Of a stretch of 64,000 bases of DNA, positions 34,794-43,078 are shown piece after piece. Numbering within the stretch: the stretch's first letter is position 1; each line of letters starts with the position of its first letter. The DNA comes from Candidatus Micrarchaeia archaeon (GTDB lineage: Archaea > Micrarchaeota > Micrarchaeia > Burarchaeales > JACRGF01). A program made the translations under genes and the position numbers. Where the stretch lies: NCBI GenBank assembly GCA_038890815.1, contig JAWAFC010000001.1, positions 135 through 64,134 on the forward strand, written 5' to 3'. The notes below the pieces were generated by a model. The model did no database searches, was not told the origin of the DNA, and worked only from the letters and a program-made list of their open reading frames with translations.

Positions 34794-35292
34794 AGGGCAG
34801 TTTTTCTCGTACGATGCCGTCATCGGCGGGGTGATTTTCGTCGTGGCCTTCGCCCTTCTCGCCACTTATTGGTGGGGGGTGAGCTCGACGCTCAATCCGG
34901 AGAGGGAGGACCTGTTGCGCGAGGCGCTCAGGATAAGCGATTTTCTGCTGACCGAGGGCAACCCGCCATATTGGCACACCCTGGCGCGCGAGAAGGTGGC
35001 GCTCGTGGGATTTGCCGATTCGGCGAAGAACGCCACGCTGTCCGAGCCCAAGCTCGCCAGATTCAGGGAACTGAGCGAAAATGACTACACCTATGCAAAG
35101 GAATACCTGCTGCGCACGCCCTACCATTTCAACATAACGCTCGAGAGGAGCGGCCTGCCGCTGGCCTGCGGCGGAGCTCCCTGCACGATGGGAAACGGGC
35201 CGGCGGCGGGCGCGCGCAACCAGGTTGTCGTGACGCGTGTGGTAAAGTACGGTAGCGGGCTTGCGGACTTGAAAATCATATTGTGGGTTTGA
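34771..35292 (+). CDS. Type IV pilin-like protein (class III signal peptide)
   Basis: (MLC)MLTSRGQ/FFSYDAVIGGVIFVVAFALLATYWW. Starts at ATG 34771 or 34780, overlapping the upstream gene. Confidence 0.65.
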   Translation: MLCMLTSRGQFFSYDAVIGGVIFVVAFALLATYWWGVSSTLNPEREDLLREALRISDFLLTEGNPPYWHTLAREKVALVGFADSAKNATLSEPKLARFRELSENDYTYAKEYLLRTPYHFNITLERSGLPLACGGAPCTMGNGPAAGARNQVVVTRVVKYGSGLADLKIILWV

Positions 35293-35293
35293 C

Positions 35294-35641
35294 TCAGGCG
35301 GCCTGCCTCGCCCTCGGTGGCCGGGCCACCACGCTTGGGGGAAGGCGAATGGGGGGCCTCTTGGCTATCAGCTCCCTGTTGCGACCATCCTTTCTTATCC
35401 GCGCCACATATCTGACAAAGGATGGGATTTCCATCAGGAACTTGGCCTGCTCCTCCTGCGTGGCGCGCACACTCTGCATCAGTTTCCTGAAACTCTCGTT
35501 CTTCACATCGCGTGAGGCGTGCGCCACGCGCACGAGGTGGGGGGTAGGGATGCGCAGGAGCCGTTTTCCGAGGTCGCCCGCTCCTCGGACCACAGCGCTG
35601 AACACGCGGTCGAACGCACGCACGAGGTTGAAGGCCATCAC
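35294..35641 (-). CDS. Hypothetical protein
   Basis: 115 aa. Composition is more protein-like than the overlapping plus-strand ORF 35283-35651. No motif recognised. Confidence 0.35.
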   Translation of the reverse strand: MMAFNLVRAFDRVFSAVVRGAGDLGKRLLRIPTPHLVRVAHASRDVKNESFRKLMQSVRATQEEQAKFLMEIPSFVRYVARIRKDGRNRELIAKRPPIRLPPSVVARPPRARQAA

Positions 35642-35717
35642 ACCACGTTAGGGTTTGGTGGCAACATCTTTAAATACTCTAACAGAGGTAAAACACTGCT
35701 TGTTTTAAGGTGGTGCG

Positions 35718-36674
35718 ATGGAAGAGGGCATCTCGCCCGCGAAAAACGAGTGGAGGAACTATCAGGAAATCAAAAAATTTATTGAGGCTGACGAGCGCTA
35801 TGCGCCGCTCGCGCGTCTTGCCGCGCTCTATGTCTATACATGCGCGCACAAGGGTGTGAGGACTGGCATGGATGCCTACATCCAGGAGCTTGCCCTCAGG
35901 GAGGGTAACATCTCTACCAAAGATGCGCTCCTCCTTCAGAACGCGCTTGATGTCATCGATGTGTATGGAAAGATATGCCTCGAGCTGAACGAGAAAGTGA
36001 GACAGCACTGGCTGGGCTGGCATTCCAGAGAGGAAGAGGGGAAAACCGAACTCGGCACAGCGGTGGCCAAGTATCTCATGGAGACTGGCTCCTTTTCCTT
36101 CTCCGATCTCGTGGCCCACATGGAGCGGCACTACAGCGAGAAAAAACTGCTCAGGTATGTGGGCCCCATCCCCATCTACAAAGATGTGCTGATGTTCACC
36201 AGGGAAGCCATCCAGAAAAAGCTCGAGAGCTACATCGCCATGGGCATGGTGCTGCCAGCCAACCCGCAGCCACAGGTAACTGCTGAGAAGGGAAAGGAGA
36301 GAAAAAAGGAAACGCCAGCTCTTGATATGAACGGCCGGTTCGTCTCGCTCCCCTATGCTTACTCAATTTTCTATTGGCAGTGGGACCCGACCGTGCTCAA
36401 CTTGAGGATGGAGGATGAGCTGAAGGAGATGGAGCGCGTCATGCAGGAGATCATCGGTTGCCAGATGGGCAACCTCCAGGCCACAAAAGTGTTGCGCCTG
36501 ATATTCAAAGATTGCGAGAGCGATTGGTCGCGCGTGCTGTCCAACTTCGCGAAAATCATCGCGCTTTACTATAAGCAGATGAACCAGCCCGCCCCACCCT
36601 TCATACAGACTGCGGGCGATGGGGTAGTCATCCGGCTGGAGACAACCAAGCCGCCCGTGCAGACGAGACGGTGA
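35718..36674 (+). CDS. Hypothetical protein
   Basis: 318 aa. AAGGTGGTG Shine-Dalgarno-like element just upstream. No motif recognised. Confidence 0.55.
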   Translation: MEEGISPAKNEWRNYQEIKKFIEADERYAPLARLAALYVYTCAHKGVRTGMDAYIQELALREGNISTKDALLLQNALDVIDVYGKICLELNEKVRQHWLGWHSREEEGKTELGTAVAKYLMETGSFSFSDLVAHMERHYSEKKLLRYVGPIPIYKDVLMFTREAIQKKLESYIAMGMVLPANPQPQVTAEKGKERKKETPALDMNGRFVSLPYAYSIFYWQWDPTVLNLRMEDELKEMERVMQEIIGCQMGNLQATKVLRLIFKDCESDWSRVLSNFAKIIALYYKQMNQPAPPFIQTAGDGVVIRLETTKPPVQTRR

Positions 36675-36680
36675 ATCCTG

Positions 36681-37712
36681 TCAAAAGCTTGCAAGCGTCT
36701 TCCCGCCACCTTTTGTGACAAGTACGGTTTCCTCAAACCTCGCGCCGAACTTCTTCCCATACACGGCCGGCTCCAGCGCGACGACGTTTCCGGCCTCAAG
36801 CACCGCCCGCGAGCCCTTCCGCAGGCTCGGGTGCTCATGCACCTCAAGGCCAACGCCATGGCCGATGGAATGGGGCATGTGGGGCAGGCCGGCCTGTTCA
36901 AAAAGTTCGGTGGCGAGCGTGGCGACCTTGCCGGCTGGAGTGCCCGGCCTGAGATATTTCATAAGCTCGCGGTTTATCTCTCTCAGCTTCTCGTATGTTT
37001 CCCTCTCCTCTCTGCATTTCCCGGAGAAAAAGCACCGCGTCAGGTCGCTGCAGTAGCCCTGCCACCGCGCGCCCAAATCAACGAGCAGAATTTCGCCGCG
37101 CTTCCACCGTCTGCGCGTCGGCGGCGAGTGAGGGAAACGAGCGTTTGGCCCGCTCTGTATGATGGGGAAGAAGGCGCTGTGGGCTCCCTGCTCGAGCATG
37201 GCGATCTCGGCCTCGCGCGCCATTTCCTCCTCGGTTTTTCCTACTCTGAAGCGTACCGATTCAAACACAGTCCTCGTGATGGCGCACGCGCGCTGTATGA
37301 GAGAGAGCTCTTCCCCGTCTTTCCTAGCTCTCAGCTCGAGCAGCTCCCTGGAGCAATCGTGAAGTCGCTTGCGCATGCGCAGCAGCTTGGAGTATGTGGA
37401 GGCGGGCAAACAGCGCTTGTTCAGCGAAACGCTGCGGCATCCCCTCAGCTCCTCTGCCAGCTTTTTCCAAACCTCACTGCCCTTTGCCCTCTCCACCCTC
37501 CCACTGAATTTTTCTTTCGCGTATTCATAGTTCATCGGCGATGTGAGCAGAACCTGCTCGCCGTCCCTGCGCACGATGAGAAAGGAGGAGTCGATATCAA
37601 ATCTCAGGAAATAGTACATGTTGGGATCGGACATGCGCGCGGCGTCCCCATTGTGAAGAAGCAGCGCGTGGGCTTTTGATGCCGCGAAAAAACGCTTCAG
37701 GCGCGCATCCAT
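36681..37712 (-). CDS. M24-family Xaa-Pro peptidase
   Basis: 343 aa. Pita-bread fold metal ligands ...LVDLGARWQGYCSDLTR..., HSIGHGVGLEVHE, ...NVVALEPAVY... Confidence 0.85.
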   Translation of the reverse strand: MDARLKRFFAASKAHALLLHNGDAARMSDPNMYYFLRFDIDSSFLIVRRDGEQVLLTSPMNYEYAKEKFSGRVERAKGSEVWKKLAEELRGCRSVSLNKRCLPASTYSKLLRMRKRLHDCSRELLELRARKDGEELSLIQRACAITRTVFESVRFRVGKTEEEMAREAEIAMLEQGAHSAFFPIIQSGPNARFPHSPPTRRRWKRGEILLVDLGARWQGYCSDLTRCFFSGKCREERETYEKLREINRELMKYLRPGTPAGKVATLATELFEQAGLPHMPHSIGHGVGLEVHEHPSLRKGSRAVLEAGNVVALEPAVYGKKFGARFEETVLVTKGGGKTLASF

Positions 37713-38674
37713 GCGCTCTCATCTCGCGGCGCAGTTAAATAGTTTTCCAGCTCGCGCAGGCAGGCATCCTTCACCCTTTCATACCGCCCGAAGAGCTTTT
37801 CCTTCCCCCTCGTCATCTCTTCCGCCAATCTACCTTCCACGAAATCGGTGAAGCGCTCGAGGTAATATAGCCCCAGGTTGAGCGCGAAAAGTGGCGCTTT
37901 TGCCTGGAGGCGGGCTGGCAGCGTGCCATCGTGGTGATGGCTGAGATAAGTGCGGAGAAAGGCGCGCTTTTCCGCCCTGCTCATCCCCCGCCTCAGATCC
38001 CATAATTGGAATGCGTCTGAGCAAAAGGCCCACACATCAAATGCGGCATCGCCGAAACGAGGCGACTGCCAGTCGATGAGGATGAGCTTTTTGCCTTGAA
38101 TGAAATTGGATGGAACCGGGTCGGTGTGCAGTAGCGAGGGAGAGTAAGGCGGGGAGGAGGTTTGCGGCAGGCACTGCAGGAGATGTTTGAACCGCAGCAG
38201 ATCGCCGTGCTCGGGCATCTTTTTGTCCAACCGATTGATGCGCGCCCGAATCTGAGCGCGGAGAGCTTGGATGGAATCATTGCGCCTTGCCACAAAGCGC
38301 GTGCTTTCGGATGGCTTTATCGCATGGAGGCGTCCGAGCAGACGGGCCGCCAGGCGGAGAAAACGGCCGCGCAGCCGTCCGGTTTTCCCCTCGACAAACT
38401 CATATACGAGGAGGTGCCTGCCGAGCGCCGCAGAAAAAAGAACGGGCTTGGGCGCAATGCCCAACGGCTCAAGAAAGCCGAGCGTTCGCCACTCCACCCA
38501 GCCCGAGTTGCCATAGAATGCTGCAGGAATGCGCGGTAGGTATAGTTTGGCAACATACCGCTTGCCACATGCCTCCACAAGATAGGAATCGTTCCAGATA
38601 CCGCCAGGAAGCACGGCAATGCTGTCAATGGAGCCAAGCCTATGAGAAAGAAACTGCCTGAGTGCGCCCTTCAT
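37697..38674 (-). CDS. Aminoglycoside phosphotransferase/choline kinase-fold small-molecule kinase
   Basis: 325 aa. Catalytic loop LLHTDPVPSNFI and ...LIDWQSPRFGDAAFDV... Confidence 0.75.
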   Translation of the reverse strand: MKGALRQFLSHRLGSIDSIAVLPGGIWNDSYLVEACGKRYVAKLYLPRIPAAFYGNSGWVEWRTLGFLEPLGIAPKPVLFSAALGRHLLVYEFVEGKTGRLRGRFLRLAARLLGRLHAIKPSESTRFVARRNDSIQALRAQIRARINRLDKKMPEHGDLLRFKHLLQCLPQTSSPPYSPSLLHTDPVPSNFIQGKKLILIDWQSPRFGDAAFDVWAFCSDAFQLWDLRRGMSRAEKRAFLRTYLSHHHDGTLPARLQAKAPLFALNLGLYYLERFTDFVEGRLAEEMTRGKEKLFGRYERVKDACLRELENYLTAPRDESAWMRA

Positions 38675-41600
38675 GCTCTCGCTTCGGTGAGGTTGATTCC
38701 CACTATCTTCGAGCCTTCCTTTGTCATGGTAACGCCGAGCGCCACATCCGCAGAAGCCAGAATGGTGTCATTGTGCGTGACCACAATGAACTGGGTGTTC
38801 TTGGCCAGTTCGCGCAGCAGGTCTGCGAGCTTCTTTGAGTTAACCTTATCCAGCGCGGCCTCCACCTCATCGAGTATGTAAAATGGTGCGGGCTTGTACA
38901 TGTGGATGGCGAAAACGAAAAGCAGGGCGAGCAGCGATTTCTCGCCACCGCTCATGGCCTCAATGTGCCTCTCCCGTCCTCCCTCATAACGCACCTTTAT
39001 CATGAGGCCGGAGTTGAAGGGATCATCCGGTGCCTCCAGCGCGAGCGTGCCCTCACCTTTGAATATGTAGCTGAAAAGCTTTCTGAAATTCTCGGCAATC
39101 ACGCGGAAGGTTTCCCGGAATATGGCAAGCTTCTTGCTCTCAAGCTCATCGATCATAAGGAGAACTGCGCTTTTTTCCTCAGCCAGTTTCTCAACCTTCA
39201 TACGCAGCTCCTCAAGGTCCTTCTTTTTTTCCTCATAAACTTCGGGCGCGCGCAGGTTGATCGCTCCCAGCGCTTCGAGCTCACGCTCGAGCGCGCTCAC
39301 CTGTGCTTGGAGCTCTTCCTTCTTTCCCTCAATCACCTCAAAATGGCCGAAGGCCGAGAACTCGGCCTTCAGGTCGGCCAGCTTCTGCTCGAGCACGGCC
39401 CTGTTGGTCTCATTGTGCGCCTTCTCTTCCCTGAGCTTCTCGAGCCGCGCGCTCACCGCGCCGTGGCTGCGCGCCAGCTCTTCCAGCTCCCTCTGCACCT
39501 CCTCCCTCTGCTTGAACAGCGCCTGCAGGGTATCGCTTGCGGCCGCGAGCGCCAGTTCCTTCTGCCTGATGATGCCCTCTCTATGCTCCAGGGAAGCCTC
39601 GCATTCCTTTATGCGGGCTTCGCAGGCCTCCAGCTCCTCCCGCGCACGCGCGATATCCTTCTCCAGCGCGGCCTTCCTCTGGCTCAGCAACTCGATTTCG
39701 TTTTTCCTGCCCCCAAGCCTAGCCTCGAGCGCCGCATACTTCTCCTTAAGCTGGGCCACGCGCTCACCTAGCTCAAGCAACGCCTGCCCCGAGGCTGCGC
39801 GCTCGAGCGAGGCCAGTGAGGCCTTCGCTTTGGCCCGTTTTTCCTCTATTTCCTCCACCTCGCGCGCCTTCTGGTCTATCTTCACCGACAGTTCCCTCGC
39901 CCTTTCCTCCTGCTCGTTCTCCTCTGCAGACAGGTTATGGACGAGCTCGGCGAGCTTTCGTCTCCTCTCGTCAGCAGCCTCCCAACTCTTCACTTCTATC
40001 TCAAGCGACTTCGCCCTCACTTCCGCCTCAGCGCGCGCCTTTCTCCTCTTATTCATCTCCTCGCGAATGCTGGTGATCTCAGCAAACAGCCTGTCCTTTT
40101 CGGCCTTGAGGCGCTCTATCTCCTTTTCGAGAGCGCTGGCCTGTAGCCTTTCCCTGAGCGCAAGCCTGCTCTTGAAGAAACCTCCCGTTATGATGCTTGA
40201 GGGCTCGATGACATCGCCATCGGGCGTCACCATGCGCGCCCGACCTATCCCAACTTTCTTGGCATGCTCCAAATCTTTGACGAGCAGGGTGTCGCCGAAA
40301 ACATACTGCATGGCAGGAAGATGCTTCGGCTCGAACTGTATGAAGTCAAGCAAGGGGCGCGCGCCCTCTCGGGCCTCGGCCTTCGCCGAGAACTTTCTGT
40401 CGAGCGGAATGAAAGTGCATCTGCCCACCTTTCTTTGCTTGAGGAGCCTGATGACCTCGCCCGCGACATCAACGCTGTCCACAACGATGTAATTGAGGCG
40501 CGCGCCCGCAGCCGCCTCAACGGCGACCGCGATGTCCGGGGAAAACGAGCACAGCTCACCGACAGTGCCGTGAATGCCCGGGATGGCGCGCTTATCGCGC
40601 AGCGAGCGAACGAAATCTATGGCATCAGCGACCGGCTCCCTGCCGGCCGCTGCTCGGGCAACCGCCCACTTTTCTCTGACAGCCAACAACTCCTTTTCCA
40701 ACTCCACGAGGCGCGCGTTCAACTCCTTTTCCCTCGCGAACAGCTCATCCAGCTCCCTGGTGAGCCTGGCGACTTCATCGAGCGCCTCTCGCGCCTTTTC
40801 CTTCAGCTCGGCAGTTTTCCCCCCGCCCTCGCCGAGCTCGGCCTGAATGCGCGCGCGCTCGCGCGCCGCGCTCTCTTTGGCCTGCAGCGCTTTGTCCTTC
40901 TCAAGCTCAAGAGCTCTGAGTGAGTCTTTGGCCGCCTCGAGCGCTTGGGTGAGGAGCTCCACCTCGGTTCTTGCCGATTCGAGCGCGCGCGTGCCAGCGC
41001 CGGCCTCCCCCTCCAGGCGAGCCCGCTCAGCCTCCAGGTTGGCCAGCTCGCTGGACAGCGCCGCGAGCTCGGCGCTCCAGGCGCGCACATCCTCGTTGAA
41101 GGCGCCGAGTTTCATCTCCACCATGTTGGCCTCCTCAGCAAATTCCTTGAGCTTAGCCCGCAGCCTGCCCGCCTCGGCTTGTCTGTTTTTCTTCTCGCTC
41201 TCTTCAAGCGCCTGGGCGCGCTTGAGCTCCTCTACCTCGCGTAGCGCCTTCTCGGTGCCACCGAGCTCATTGATGCGCGCGACGATGGCGTCGCGCTTGC
41301 CCTCGCTGTCCCGTATCCTAGCCCTGAGCGTGGCCTCTTCACCCTCCATTTTCTCCAGCTCGGCCGCAAGCGCAACGTACTTTTCAACAGCACGCGCGTG
41401 GTCCCTCTCTGCCTTCTGCAGTTCCATATAAAGCAGTGAGCCCTTAAGCTGTTGCAGCCTGCCTTTCATTTCCAGGTACTTGAGCGCGGCATCGCGCTCC
41501 TTCTCGAGCTCGGCCAGCATGCCCTCCCGTTCCTTGAGGATGAGCGTGGCATCGCTGATTTTCCTCTCCACTGCATCGAGCTCCCGTAGCGCTTCCTTCT

Positions 41601-42090
41601 TTTTTTCCTCGTATTCCCCTATGCCAGCCACGTGGTCTATGATCTCCCGCCTTTCTTTGGGTGACATCTGAATGATGCGCTCCACTTCGCCCTGCGCGAT
41701 AACGTTGTGCGCGCTCGCCTCCACCCCGTACGGCCGCAGCGCGTCCAGCACGAGCGTGCGGGTGGCTTTCTTCCCGTTCAGCCTGTAGGCGGTCTTTCCG
41801 TCCGCCCGGATCGCGCGTTTGATCTCATAGCTTGCCTCACCATCGAGCTGCAGGTAAATCTCAGCCTTGTCCGCGCCAGTCGTTATGAGGTCGGAAACCT
41901 TTCTCGCGCGGATGGCCTTCAGGGAATTCTCGCCGAGCGCGAAGCGGATGGCGTCACAGATGTTGCTTTTGCCCGAGCCGTTGGGCCCGGCCATGCACAC
42001 GAAACCTTTGCAGAGTGGGATATCGGCGTAGCGAAAGGATTTGAAGTTTCGAAACTTTATGCGCGAGATGAACATCTGCCGGTCGCCCAA
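38671..42090 (-). CDS. smc: SMC chromosome condensation/segregation ATPase
   Basis: N-terminal FKSF...MAGPNGSGKSNICDAIRFALG. Long coiled coils. Hinge ...IPGIHGTVGELC...RLNYIVVDS...GRCTFIPLD. C-terminal MSGGEKSLLALLFVFAI...FYILDEVEAALD. The likely start is the internal ATG at 42075. Confidence 0.9.
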   Translation of the reverse strand: MGDRQMFISRIKFRNFKSFRYADIPLCKGFVCMAGPNGSGKSNICDAIRFALGENSLKAIRARKVSDLITTGADKAEIYLQLDGEASYEIKRAIRADGKTAYRLNGKKATRTLVLDALRPYGVEASAHNVIAQGEVERIIQMSPKERREIIDHVAGIGEYEEKKKEALRELDAVERKISDATLILKEREGMLAELEKERDAALKYLEMKGRLQQLKGSLLYMELQKAERDHARAVEKYVALAAELEKMEGEEATLRARIRDSEGKRDAIVARINELGGTEKALREVEELKRAQALEESEKKNRQAEAGRLRAKLKEFAEEANMVEMKLGAFNEDVRAWSAELAALSSELANLEAERARLEGEAGAGTRALESARTEVELLTQALEAAKDSLRALELEKDKALQAKESAARERARIQAELGEGGGKTAELKEKAREALDEVARLTRELDELFAREKELNARLVELEKELLAVREKWAVARAAAGREPVADAIDFVRSLRDKRAIPGIHGTVGELCSFSPDIAVAVEAAAGARLNYIVVDSVDVAGEVIRLLKQRKVGRCTFIPLDRKFSAKAEAREGARPLLDFIQFEPKHLPAMQYVFGDTLLVKDLEHAKKVGIGRARMVTPDGDVIEPSSIITGGFFKSRLALRERLQASALEKEIERLKAEKDRLFAEITSIREEMNKRRKARAEAEVRAKSLEIEVKSWEAADERRRKLAELVHNLSAEENEQEERARELSVKIDQKAREVEEIEEKRAKAKASLASLERAASGQALLELGERVAQLKEKYAALEARLGGRKNEIELLSQRKAALEKDIARAREELEACEARIKECEASLEHREGIIRQKELALAAASDTLQALFKQREEVQRELEELARSHGAVSARLEKLREEKAHNETNRAVLEQKLADLKAEFSAFGHFEVIEGKKEELQAQVSALERELEALGAINLRAPEVYEEKKKDLEELRMKVEKLAEEKSAVLLMIDELESKKLAIFRETFRVIAENFRKLFSYIFKGEGTLALEAPDDPFNSGLMIKVRYEGGRERHIEAMSGGEKSLLALLFVFAIHMYKPAPFYILDEVEAALDKVNSKKLADLLRELAKNTQFIVVTHNDTILASADVALGVTMTKEGSKIVGINLTEARA

Positions 42091-42129
42091 AATACGCTCG
42101 CCGAAGGTATATAAAAATATGGTGGAGAA

Positions 42130-42708
42130 TCAGCCCGGCTCGACCACTGTGGTTATCCTGCCGCTGATCACATGCGGCGTGCCATCCTCGCAGTCGCGCG
42201 TGGCCACCGCGCAGTTCCTGTAGGCGAGCGAAACGCGCGCGCGCACAAGCGAGCCCACGGTGGGCGCGGCGGCGTTCTCAAGTATCAAGAAGGAGAACTC
42301 GGCGACATCGCCCGGCTTTAGCACTCCGGTGGGCAGGCGGTTTCCATTCACGAGAACATCGCACCGCGGCGAGCTCGCGCCCGAACAGAGCGTGGAGGAG
42401 TAGACCTGTCTGCCCGGAACGCCCACATCCTCGGTCGTCAGGTTGGCCTCATCGATAATGATGGCAAAGCCCAGCCCGTTCACTGTGGTGAAGGTGAGGT
42501 TGTAGCCGCCCGTTGGGATCTGCTTGAGGATGAAGGAGGGGCAGACGAAGCTGGGCTGGAAGACGCATTCCTGCGGCATGTACCTCGAAGGCCGGAAGAG
42601 GCCCATGGAATAGAGTGTGGTGAGCACAGCTAGCAGGATGAGCAGCGCCCAGCCGTAGGTGATGAGGTATTCCATGGCAGACTGCCCCTTTCCGAAGCGC
42701 CTTGCCAT
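42130..42708 (-). CDS. Type IV pilin-like protein (class III signal peptide)
   Basis: MARRFGKGQS/AMEYLITYGWALLILLAVLTTLY, the classic archaeal pilin N-terminus. Confidence 0.75.
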   Translation of the reverse strand: MARRFGKGQSAMEYLITYGWALLILLAVLTTLYSMGLFRPSRYMPQECVFQPSFVCPSFILKQIPTGGYNLTFTTVNGLGFAIIIDEANLTTEDVGVPGRQVYSSTLCSGASSPRCDVLVNGNRLPTGVLKPGDVAEFSFLILENAAAPTVGSLVRARVSLAYRNCAVATRDCEDGTPHVISGRITTVVEPG

Positions 42709-42742
42709 CTTTTTACCTCGCTGGCTTACTTTGGGAGATGCG

Positions 42743-42750
42743 TATTTAAA
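42743..42750. promoter_or_regulatory. Palindromic TATA-like element TATTTAAA between divergent genes
   Basis: The only AT-rich element in the 72-bp spacer between ATG 42708 (minus) and ATG 42781 (plus). It lies about 35-39 nt from each. Confidence 0.3.
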
Positions 42751-42780
42751 GGCTATCTTAGAAATGTGTTCGGCGACTAA

Positions 42781-43074
42781 ATGGACGCGCTGCTCGGCAA
42801 GACGCTCTCATCCATCCCCATCTATTCCGACCCATTCGGTCTTCCATCGGGCGCCATCGACATCTGCGAGAAGGGGCTGGCAGTGAGAGGAAAGGAATCC
42901 TTAAAAATCCCGCTCGGGTATGCGAGGGGGCTGAGGATTTTGAGGAGGCTGCAGCTAGGAAAAGTGGAGGCGCAACTCGTGGCATTCGATGTGCTCGGCG
43001 ACCGTCACGTGTTGGAGTTCGTGCTGTCCGAACAGCACTTTTTCGAGCTTGAGAAGGCTTGCGACAGGAAGTGA
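42781..43074 (+). CDS. Small hypothetical protein
   Basis: 97 aa. Ends 4 nt before the CBS gene, so likely co-transcribed. No motif recognised. Confidence 0.45.
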   Translation: MDALLGKTLSSIPIYSDPFGLPSGAIDICEKGLAVRGKESLKIPLGYARGLRILRRLQLGKVEAQLVAFDVLGDRHVLEFVLSEQHFFELEKACDRK

Positions 43075-43078
43075 TGCT

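Noticed and set aside
39257-40492. A 411-aa Ser/Ala-rich plus-strand ORF, and several others (38902-39771, 40264-40923, 40847-41431), antisense to smc.
   Set aside because: Low-complexity translations (poly S/A/L) mirror the GAG/CTC/GCC-rich coiled-coil codons of smc on the other strand. No start context or motif is present. These are classic shadow ORFs.
38671-42090. Whether the 1139-aa coiled-coil ATPase is Rad50, the missing Mre11 partner, rather than SMC.
   Set aside because: The centre of the protein has an SMC hinge (…GIHGTVGELC…NYIVVDS…GRCTFIPLD…) and no CxxC zinc hook. The N-terminal FKSF…GPNGSGKSN…AI.F.LG is SMC-type.
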